NCBI RefSeq assembly: GCF_009914755.1
Contig: NC_060946.1
Length of the DNA stretch: 64,000 bases
Source: the human T2T-CHM13v2.0 reference genome, Homo sapiens
Direction: 5' to 3' (one strand)
Positions 53,201 through 64,000 of the stretch are shown here, one piece after another. The notes beneath the pieces were generated by a model. That model had not been told where the DNA came from, made no database searches, and saw only the letters and a program-made list of their open reading frames with translations. How positions within the stretch are numbered: the stretch's first letter is position 1; the number at the start of each line of letters is the position of its first letter. Position numbers and translations under genes: made by a program.

Positions 53201-56200
53201 ATATGAGTTGAATGCAAACATCACAAAGACGTTTCTGAGAATGCTTCTGTCTAGATTTGATATGAAGATATTCCCGTTTCCAACGAAATCTTCAAATCTA
53301 TCCAAATGTCCACTTGCAGATTCAACAAAAAGTGTTTTTCAGAACTGCTCTATCAAAAGAAAGATCCACCTCTGTTAGCTGAGTTCACACATCACAAACA
53401 AGTTTATGAGAATGCTTCTGTCTAGTTTTTATTTGAAGATATTCCCTTTCTCACCATAGACCTGAAAGCTGTCCTAATGTTCACTTCCAGATACTACAGA
53501 AAGAGTGTTTCAAAACTGCTGTACGAAAGGGAATGTTCAACTCTGTGACTTGAATGCACACATCACAAAGAAGTTTCTGAGGATGCTGCTGTCTACTTTT
53601 TATACGTAATCCCGTTTCCAACGAATTCCTCCAATCTATCCAAATATCCACTTGCAGATTCCACAGAAAGACTGTTTCAAAACTGCTCTGTCAATAGAAA
53701 GGTTCAACTCTGTTAGCTGCGTGCATATATCCCAAAGAAGATTCTGAGATTGCTTCTGTCTAGTTTTTATGGGAAGATATTTCCCTTTTCACCGTAGGTG
53801 TCAAGGCGCTCCAAATGTCCACTTCCAGATACTACAAAAAGAGTGTTTCAAACCTACTCTGTGAAAGGGAATATTCAACTCTGTGACTTGAATGCAGATA
53901 TCACAAAGAAGTTTCTGAGAATGCTTCTGTCGAGATTTTGTACGAAGATATTCCCGTTTCCAACGAAATCCTGAAATCTATCCAAATATCCCCACGCAGA
54001 TTCTACAAAAAGAGTGTTTCAAAACTGCTCTGTAAAAAGAAAGGTTCAACTCTGTTAGTTGAGTACACACATCACAAACAAGTTTCACAGAATGCTTCTT
54101 TCTAGCTTGTAGGGGAAGATATTCCCTTTATCACCATGGGCCTCAAACCGTCCGAAACGTCCACTTCCATATACTAAAAAAACAGTGTTTGAAACCTGCT
54201 CTATGAAAGGCAATGTTCAACTCTGTGACTTGAATGCAGACATCACAGAGCAGTTTCTGAGAATGCTTCTGTCCAGACTTTATAGGAAGATATTCCCGTT
54301 TCCAACGAAATCTTCACAGCTATCCAAATATCCACTTGCAGATAGTACAAAAAGAGTGTATCAGAAATGCTCTGTCAAAAGGAAAGTTCTTCTCTGCTAG
54401 TTGAGTACATACGTCATAAAGAACTTTCTGAGAATATTCCTGTCTAGTGGTTATGGGAAGATATTTGCTTTTTCCCCGTAGGCCTCAAAGCGCTCCAAAT
54501 GTCCACTTGCACATACTACAAAAAGAGTGCTTCAAAGCTCCTCTCTGAAAGAGAATGTTCAACTCTATGAGTTGAATGCAAACATCACAAAGACGTTTCT
54601 GAGAATGCTTCTGTCTAGATTTGATATGAAGATATTCCCGTTAGCAACGAAATTTTCAAATCTATCCAAATGTCCACTTGCAGATTCAACAAAGTGTTTT
54701 TCAAAACTGCTGTATCAAAAGAAAGATCCACCTCTGTTAGCTGAGTTCACACTTCACAAACAAGTTTATCAGAATGCTTCTGTCTAGTTTTTATTTGAAG
54801 ATATATCCTTTCTCACTATAGACCTGAAAGCTCTCCTAAAGTTCACTTCCAGATACTACAGAAAGAGTTTTTCAAAACTGCTGTACGAAAGGGAATGTTC
54901 AACTCTGTGACTTGAATGCACACATCACAAGGAAGATTCTGAGGATGCTGCTGTCTACTTTTTATACGTAATCCCGTTTCCAACGAAATCCCCCAAGCTA
55001 TCCAAATATCCACTTGCAGATTCCACAGAAAGACTGTTTCAAAACTGCTCTCTCAATAGAAATTTTCAACTCTATTAGCTGCGTGCATATATCCCAAAGA
55101 AGATTCTGAGATTGCTTCTGTCTAGTTTTTATGGGAAGATATTTCCCTTTTCACCGTAGGTGTCAAGGCGCTCCAAATGTCCACTTCCAGATACTACAAA
55201 AAGAGTGTTTCAAACGTACTCTGTGAAAGGGAATATTCCGCTCTGTGACTTGAATGCAGATATCACAATGAAGTTTCTCAGAATGCTTCTGTCGAGATTT
55301 TATATGAAGATATTCCCGTTTCCAACAAAATCCTGAAATCTATCCAAATATCCCCTCGCAGATTCTACAAAAAGAGTGTTTCAAAACTGCTCTGTAAAAA
55401 GAAAGGTTCAACTCTGTTAGTTGAGTACACACATCACAAACAAGTTTCACAGAGTGCTTCTTTCTAGCTTGTAGGGGAAGATATTCCCTTTATCACCATG
55501 GGCCTCAAACCGTCCGAAACGTCCACTTCCATATACTACAAAAAGAGCGTTTCAAACCTGCTCTATGAAAGGCAATGTTCAACTCTGTGACTTGAATGCA
55601 GACATCACAGAGCAGTTTCTGAGAATGCTTCTGTCTAGATTTTATAGGAAGATATTTCCGTTTCCAACGAAATCTTCACAGCTATCCAAATATCCACTTG
55701 CAGATTCTACAAAAAGAGTGTATCAAAACTGCTCTGTCAAAAGGAAGGTTCTTCTCTGTTAGTTGAGTACATACGTCATAAAGGAGTTTCTGAGAATGTT
55801 TCTGTCTAGTGGTTATGGGAAGATATTTGCTTTTTCACCGTAGGCCTCAGAGCGCTCCAAATATCCACTTGCACATACTACAAAAAGAGTGCTTCAAAGC
55901 TGCTCTCTGAAAGGGAATGTTCAACTCTATGAGTTGAATGCAAACATCACAAAGACGTTTCTGAGAATGCTTCTGTCTAGATTTGATATGAAGATATTCC
56001 CGTTTCCAACGAAATCTTCAAATCTATACAAATGTCCACTTGCAGATTCAACAAATAGTGTTTTTCAGAACTGCTCTATCAAAAGAAAGATCCACCTCTG
56101 TTAGCTGAGTTCACACATCACAAACAAGTTTATGAGAATGCTTCTGTCTAGTTTTTATTTGAAGATATTTCCTTTCTCACCATAGACCTGAAAGCTGTCC

Positions 56201-57899
56201 TAATGTTCACTTCCAGATACTACAGAAAGAGCGTTTCAAAACTGCTGTACGAAAGGGAATGTTCAACTCTGTGACTTGAATGCACACATCACAAAGAAGT
56301 TTCTGAGGATGCTGCTGTCTACTTTTTATACGTAATCCCGTTTCCAACGAAATCCTCCAATCTATCCAAATATCCACTTGCAGATTCCACAGAAAGACTG
56401 TTTCAAAACTGCTCTGTCAATAGAAAAGTTCAACTCTGTTAGCTGTGTGCATATATCCCAAAGAAGATTCTGAGATTGCTTCTGTCTAGTTTTTATGGGA
56501 AGATATTTCCCTTTTCACCGTAGGTGTCAAGGCGCTCCAAATGTCCACTTCCAGATACTCCAAAAAGAGTGTTTCAAACCTACTCTCTGAAAGGGAATAT
56601 TCAACACTGTGACTTGAATGCAGATATCACAATGAAGTTTCTGAGAATGCTTCTGTCGAGATTTTATATGAAGATATTCCCGTTTCCAACGAAATCCTGA
56701 AATCTATCCAAATATCCCCTCGCAGATTCTACAAAAAGAGTGTTTCAAAACTGCTCTGTAAAAAGAAAGGTTCAACTCTGTTAGTTGAGTACACACATCA
56801 CAAACAAGTTTCACAGAATGCTTCTTTCTAGCTTGTAGGGGAAGATATTCCCTTTAACACCATGGGCCTCAAACCGTCAGAAACGTACACTTCCATATAC
56901 TACAAAAAGAGCGTTTCAAACCTGCTCTATGAAAGGCAATGTTCAACTCTGTGACTTGAATGCAGACAACACAGAGCAGTTTCTGAGAATGCTTCTGTCT
57001 AGATTTTATAGGAAGATATTCCCGTTTACAACGAAATCTTCACAGCTATCCAAATATCCACTTGCAGATTCTACAAAAAGAGAGTATCAAAACTGCTCTG
57101 TCAAAAGGAAGGTTCTTCTCTGTTAGGTGAGTGCATACGTCATATAGGAGTTTCTGAGAATGTTTCTGTCTAGTGGTTATGGGAAGATATTTGCTTTTTC
57201 ACCGTAGGCCTCAGAGCGATCCAAATATCCACTTGCACATACTACAAAAAGAGTGCTTCAAAGCTGCTCTCTGAAACGGAATGTTCAACTGTATGAGTTG
57301 AATGCAAACATCCCAAAGACGTTTCTGAGAATGCTTCTGTCTAGATTTGATATGAAGATATTCCCGTTTCCAACGAAATCTTCAAATCTATCCAAATGTC
57401 CACTTGCAGATTCAACAAAAAGTGTTTTTCAGAACTGTTCTATCAAAAGAAAGATCCACCTCTGTTAGCTGAGTTCACACATCACAAACAAGTTTATGAG
57501 AATGCTTCTGTCAAGTTTTTATTTGAAGATATTTCCTTTCTCACCATAGACCTGAAAGCTGTCCTAATGTTCACTTCCAGATACTACAGAAAGAGTGTTT
57601 CAAAACTGCTGTACGAAAGGGAATGTTCAACTCTGTGACTTGAATGCACACATCACAAAGAAGTTTCTGAGGATGCTGCTGTCTACTTTTTATACGTAAT
57701 CCCGTTTCCAACGAAATCCTCCAAGCTATCCAAATATCCACTTGCAGATTCCACAGAAAGACTGTTTCAAAACTGCTCTGTCAATAGAAAGGTTCAACTC
57801 TGTTAGCTGCGTGCATATATCCCAAAGAAGATTCTGAGATTGCTTCTGTCTAGTTTTTATGGGAAGATATTTCCCTTTTCACCGTAGGCGTCAAGGCGC

Positions 57900-60800
57900 T
57901 CCAAATGTCCACTTCCAGATACTACAAAAAGAGTGTTTCAAACCTACTCTGTGGAAGGGAATATTCAACTCTGTGACTTGAATGCAGATATCACAAAGAA
58001 GTTTCTGAGAATGCTTCTGTCGAGATTTTATATGAAGATATTCCCGTTTCCAACGAAATCTTGAAATCTATCCAAATATCCCCTCGCAGATTCTACAAAA
58101 AGAGTGTTTCAACACTGCTCTGTAAAAAGAAAGGTTCAACTCTGTTGGTTGAGTACACACATCACAAAGAAGTTTCACAGAATGCTTCTTTCTAGCTTGT
58201 AGGGGAAGATATTTCCTTTATCACCATGGTTCTCAAACCGTCCGAAACGTCCACTTCCATATACTAAAAAAACAGTGTTTGAAACCTGCTCTAGGAAAGG
58301 CAATGTTCAACTCTGTGACTTGAATGCGGACATCACAGAGCAGTTTCTGAGAATGCTTCTGTCCAGACTTTATAGGAAGATATTCCCGTTTCCAACGAAA
58401 TCTTCACAGCTATCCAAATATCCACTTGCAGATAGTACAAAAAGAGTGTATCAGAAATGCTCTGTCAAAAGGAAAGTTCTTCTCTGCTAGTTGAGTACAT
58501 ACGTCATAAAGAACTTTCTGAGAATGTTCCTGTCTAGTGGTTATGGGAAGATATTTGCTTTTTCCCCGTAGGCCTCAAAGCGGTCCAAATGTCCACTTGC
58601 ACATACTACAAAAAGAGTGCTTCAAAGCTCCTCTCAGAAAGGGAATGTTCAACTCTATGAGTTGAATGCAAACATCACAAAGGCGTTTCTGAGAATGCTT
58701 CTGTCTAGATTTGATATGAAGATATTCCCGTTTCCAACGAAATCTTCAAATCTATCCAAATGTCCACTTGCAGATTCAACAAAGTGTTTTTCAAAACTGC
58801 TGTATCAAAAGAAAGATCCACCACTGTTAGCTGACTTCACACTTCACAAACAAGTTTATCAGAATGCTTCTGTCTAGTTTTTATTTGAAGATATATCCTT
58901 TCTCACTATAGACCTGAAAGCTCTCCTAAAGTTCACTTCCATATACTACAGAAAGTGTTTTTCAAAACTGCTGTACGAAAGGGAATGTTCAACTCTGTGA
59001 CTTGAATGCACACGTCACAAGGAAGATTCTGAGGATGCTGCTGTCTACTTTTTATACGTAATCCCGTTTCCAAAGAAATCCCCCAAGCTATCCAAATATC
59101 CACTTGCAGATTCCACAGAAAGACTGTTTCAAAACTGCTCTGTCAATAGAAAGGTTCAACTCTATTAGCTGCGTGCATATATCCCAAAGAAGTTTCTGAG
59201 ATTGCTTCTCTCTAGTTTTTACGGGAAGATATTTCCCTTTTCACCGTAGGTGTCAAGGCGCTCCAAATGTCCACTTCCAGATACTACAAAAAGAGTGTTT
59301 CAAACCTACTCTGTGAAAGGGAATATTCCGCTCTGTGACTTGAATGCAGATATCACAATGAAGTTTCTGAGAATGCTTCTGTCGAGATTTTATATGAAGA
59401 TATTCCCGTTTCCAACAAAATCCTGAAATCTATCCAAATATCCCCTCGCAGATTCTACAAAAAGAGTGTTTCAAAACTGCTCTGTAAAAAGAAAGGTTCA
59501 ACTCTGTTAGTTGAGTACACACATCACAAACAAGTTTCACAGAATGCTTCTTTCTAGCTTGTAGGGGAAGATATTCCCTTAATCACCATGGGCCTCAAAC
59601 CGTCCGAAACGTCCACTTCCATATACTACAAAAAGAGCGTTTCAAACCTGCTCTATGAAAGGCAATGTTCAACTCTGTGACTTGAATGCAGACTTCACAG
59701 AGCAGTTTCTGAGAATGCTTCTGTCTAGATTTTATAGGAAGATATTCCCGTTTCCAACGAAATCTTCACAGCTATCCAAATATCCACTTGCAGATTCTAC
59801 AAAAAGAGTGTATCAAAACTGCTCTGTCAAAAGGAAGGTTCTTCTCTGTTAGTTGAGTACATACGTCATAAAGGAGTTTCTGAGAATGTTTCTGTCTAGT
59901 GGTTATGGGAAGATATTTGCTTTTTCACCTTAGGCCTCAGAGCGCTCCAAATATCCACTTGCACATACTACAAAAAGAGTGCTTCAAAGCTGCTCTCTGA
60001 AAGGGAATGTTCAACTCTATGAGTTGAATGCAAACATCACAAAGACGTTTCTGAGAATGCTTCTGTCTAGATTTGATATGAAGATATACCCGTTTCCAAC
60101 GAAATCTTCAAATCTATCCAAATGTCCACTTGCAGATTCAACAAACTGTTTCTCAAAACTGCTGTATCAAAAGAAAGATCCACCTCTGTTACCTGAGTTC
60201 ACACTTCGCAAACAAGTTTATCAGAACTCTTCTGTCTAGTTTTTATTTGAAGATATATCCTTTCTCACTATAGACCTGAAAGCTCTCATAAAGTTCACTT
60301 CCAGATACTACAGAAAGAGTGTTTCAAAAATGCTGTACGAAAGGGAATGTTCAACTCTGTGACTTGAATGCACACATCACAAGGAAGTTTCTGAGGATGC
60401 TGCTATCTAGTTTTTATACGTAATCCCGTTTCCAACGAAATCCTCCAAGCTATCCAAATATCCACTTGCAGATTCCACAGAAAGACTGTTTCAAAACTGC
60501 TCTGTCAATAGAAAGGTTCAACTCTGTTAGCTGCGTGCATATATCCCAAAGGAGATTCTGAGATTGCTTCTGTCTAGTTTTTATGGGAAGATATTTCCCT
60601 TTTCACTTTAGGTGTCAAGGCGCTCCAAATGTCCACTTCCAGATACTACAAAAAGAGTGTTTCAAACCTACTCTGTGGAAGGGAATATTCAACTCTGTGA
60701 CTTGAATGCAGATATCACAAAGAAGTTTCTGAGAATGCTTCTGTCGAGATTTTATATGAAGATATTCCCGTTTCCAACGAAATCTTGAAATCTATCCAAA

Positions 60801-63390
60801 TATCCCCTCGCAGATTCTACAAAAAGAGTGTTTCAACACTGCTCTGTAAAAAGAAAGGTTCAACTCTGTTGGTTGAGTACACACATCACAAACAAGTTTC
60901 ACAGAATGCTTCCTTCTAGCTTGTAGGGGAAGATATTTCCTTTATCACCATGGTTCTCAAACCGTCCGAAACGTCCACTTCCATATACTAAAAAAACAGT
61001 GTTTGAAACCTGCTCTAGGAAAGGCAATGTTCAACTCTGTGACTTGAATGCGGACATCACAGAGCAGTTTCTGAGAATGCTTCTGTCCAGACTTTATAGG
61101 AAGATATTCCCGTTTCCAACGAAATCTTCACAGCTATCCAAATATCCACTTGCAGATAGTACAAAAAGAGTGTATCAGAAATGCTCTGTCAAAAGGAAAG
61201 TTCTTCTCTGCTAGTTGAGTACATACGTCATAAAGAACTTTCTGAGAATGTTCCTGTCTAGTGGTTATGGGAAGATATTTGCTTTTTCCCCGTAGGCCTC
61301 AAAGCGGTCCAAATGTCCACTTGCACATACTACAAAAAGAGTGCTTCAAAGCTCCTGTCAGAAAGGGAATGTTCAACTCTATGAGTTGAATGCAAACATC
61401 ACAAAGGCGTTTCTGAGAATGCTTCTGTCTAGATTTGATATGAAGATATTCCCGTTTCTAACGAAATCTTCAAATCTATCCAAATGTCCACTTGCAGATT
61501 CAACAAAGTGTTTTTCAAAACTGCTGTATCAAAAGAAAGATCCACCACTGTTAGCTGAGTTCACACTTCACAAACAAGTTTATCAGAATGCTTCTGTCTA
61601 GTTTTTATTTGAAGATATATCCTTTCTCACTATAGACCTGAAAGCTCTCCTAAAGTTCACTTCCAGATACTACAGAAAGAGTATTTCAAAACTGCTGTAC
61701 GAAAGGGAATGTTCAACTCTGTGACTTGAATGCACACGTCACAAGGAAGATTCTGAGGATGCTGCTGTCTACTTTTTATACGTAATCCCGTTTCCAAAGA
61801 AATCTCCCAAGCTCTCCAAATATCCACTTGCAGATTCCACAGAAAGACTGTTTCAAAACTGCTCTGTCAATAGAAAGGTTCAACTCTATTAGCTACGTGC
61901 ATATATCCCAAAGAAGATTCTGAGATTGCTTCTGTCTAGTTTTTACGGGAAGATATTTCCCTTTTCACCGTAGGTGTCAAGGCACTCCAAATGTCCACTT
62001 CCAGATACTACAAAAAGAGTGTTTCAAACCTACTCTGTGAAAGGGAATATTCCGCTCTGTGACTTGAATGCAGATATCACAATGAAGTTTCTGAGAATGC
62101 TTCTGTCGAGATTTTATATGAAGATATTCCCGTTTCCAACAAAATCCTGAAATCTATCCAAATATCCCCTCGCAGATTCTACAAAAAGAGTGTTTCAAAA
62201 CTGCTCTGTAAAAAGAAAGGTTCAACTCTGTTAGTTGAGTACACACATCACAAACAAGTTTCACAGAATGCTTCTTTCTAGCTTGTAGGGGAAGATATTC
62301 CCTTTATCACCGTGGGCCTCAAACCGTCCGAAACGTCCACTTCCATATACTACAAAAAGAGCGTTTCAAACCTGCTCTATGAAAGGCAATGTTCAACTCT
62401 GTGACTTGAATGCAGACTTCACAGAGCAGTTTCTGAGAATGCTTCTGTCTAGATTTTATAGGAAGATATTCCCGTTTCCAACGAAATCTTCACAGCTATC
62501 CAAATATCCACTTGCAGATTCTACAAAAAGAGTGTATCAAAACTGCTCTGTCAAAAGGAAGGTTCTTCTCTGTTAGTTGAGTACATACGTCATAAAGGAG
62601 TTTCTGAGAATGTTTCTGTCTAGTGGTTATGGGAAGATATTTGCTTTTTCACCTTAGGCCTCAGAGCGCTCCAAATATCCACTTGCACATACTACAAAAA
62701 GAGTGCTTCAAAGCTGCTCTCTGAAAGGGAATGTTCAACTCTATGAGTTGAATGCAAACATCACAAAGACGTTTCTGAGAATGCTTCTGTCTAGATTTGA
62801 TATGAAGATATACCCGTTTCCAACGAAATCTTCAAATCTATCCAAATGTCCACTTGCAGATTCAACAAAGTGTTTCTCAAAACTGCTGTATCAAAAGAAA
62901 GATCCACCTCTGTTACCTGAGTTCACACTTCGCAAACAAGTTTATCAGAACTCTTCTGTCTAGTTTTTATTTGAAGATATATCCTTTCTCACTATAGACC
63001 TGAAAGCTCTCATAAAGTTCACGTCCAGATACTACAGAAAGAGTGTTTCAAAAATGCTGTATGAAAGGGAATGTTCAACTCTGTGACTTGAATGCACACA
63101 TCACAAGGAAGTTTCTGAGGATGCTGCTGTCTAGTTTTTATACGTAATCCCGTTTCCAACGAAATCCTCCAAGCTATCCAAATATCCACTTGCAGATTCC
63201 ACAGAAAGACTGTTTCAAAACTGCTCTGTCAATAGAAAGGTTCAACTCTGTTAGCTGCGTGCATATATCCCAAAGGAGATTCTGAGATTGCTTCTGTCTA
63301 GTTTTTATGGGAAGATATTTCCCTTTTCACTTTAGGTGTCAAGGCGCTCCAAATGTCCACTTCCAGATACTACAAAAAGAGTGTTTCAAA
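57900..63390. repeat. 2-HOR (2,724-bp) tandem duplication with many locally private variants
   Basis: Variants recur at +2,724: gtggaaggg at 57951/60675, plus aacactgc, gttggttg, catggttctc, gcggac, gcggtcc, aggcgttt, cacgtcac, gacttcac, atacccg, gaactctt, aaggagatt and cactttagg. ORF-track starts agree: 58275/60999, 59655/62379, 59979/62703. Confidence 0.92.
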
Positions 63391-64000
63391 CCTACTCTGT
63401 GAAAGGGAATATTCAACTCTGTGACTTGAATGCAGATATCACAAAGAAGTTTCTGAGAATGCTTCTGTCGAGATTTTATATGAAGATATTCCCGTTTCCA
63501 ACGAAATCCTGAAATCTATCCAAATATCCCCTCGCAGATTCTACAAAAAGAGTGTTTCAAAACTGCTCTGTAAATAGAAAGGTTCAACTCTGTTAGTTGA
63601 GTACACACATCACAAACAAGTTTCACAGAATGCTTCTTTCTAGCTTGTAGGGGAAGATATTCCCTTTATCACCATGGGCCTCAAACCGTCCGAAACGTTT
63701 ACTTCCATATACTACAAAAAGAGCTTTTCAAACCTGCTCTATGAAAGGCAATGTTCAACTCTGTGACTTTAATGCAGACATCACAGAGCAGTTTCTGAGA
63801 ATGCTTCTGTCTAGATTTTATAGGAAGATATTTCCGTTTCCAACGAAACCTTCACAGCTATCCAAATATCCACTTGCAGATTCTACAAAAAGAGTGTATC
63901 AAAACTGCTCTGTCAAAAGGAATGTTCTTCTCTGTTAGTTGAGTACATACGTCATAAAGGAGTTTCTGAGAATGTTTCTGTCTAGTGGTTACGGGAAGAT

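Larger units (their letters stand above)
1..64000 (-). repeat. Alpha satellite higher-order-repeat array: 8-mer HOR, ~1,364 bp, ~47 tandem copies, dimeric A/B organisation
   Basis: ~171-bp periodic alphoid motifs (gttcaactctgtga, gtttctgagaatgcttctgtctag, tccaaatatccacttgcag) run throughout. The same landmark (gtgcttcaa) recurs at 35, 1399, 2762, 4126, 5489, 6850 ... 61341, 62703, spaced 1,349-1,365 bp (mode 1,364). The array runs off both window ends. The CENP-B box reads canonically on the minus strand. Confidence 0.99.

Noticed and set aside
35-63938. Many near-identical 60-96 aa ORFs (MLQSCSLK..., MKGNVQLC..., MFETSS...)
   Set aside because: They recur with the HOR period, many start at GTG or TTG, they gain and lose stops and frames with satellite variants, and they show no recognisable domain. 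They are chance frames in satellite DNA.
1-64000. CRISPR-like or other repeat-spacer prokaryotic system
   Set aside because: The sequence between conserved motifs is itself repeated alphoid DNA, not unique spacers. There are no cas or other genes.

Overview
The whole 64 kb window is one uninterrupted, single-orientation array of primate (almost certainly human) centromeric alpha satellite. It is built from ~171-bp monomers in an 8-monomer higher-order repeat (HOR) of ~1,364 bp, about 47 copies. A CENP-B box sits in every second monomer (minus strand), alternating with pJalpha-type A-box monomers. This dimeric layout and the 8-mer size fit the suprachromosomal family 2 live array shared by chromosomes 14 and 22 (D14Z9/D22Z1); that assignment is from recall and was not verified by search. 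I found no credible genes, RNA genes, transposons, inversions or CRISPR arrays, and all listed ORFs are by-products of the repeat. I found no evidence of a new biological system. The real structure lies above the HOR level and was read by eye from shared diagnostic variants. It includes a 10.9-kb (8-HOR) tandem duplication with a ~1-kb discordant patch, a cassette recurring every 9 HORs, a 12-HOR-offset duplicate and two 2-HOR tandem duplications. Two related divergent haplotype tracts are interleaved with the majority haplotype. There are also amplified CENP-B-box knockouts, a 14-bp microhomology deletion and a dense cluster of private transversions near 57 kb.
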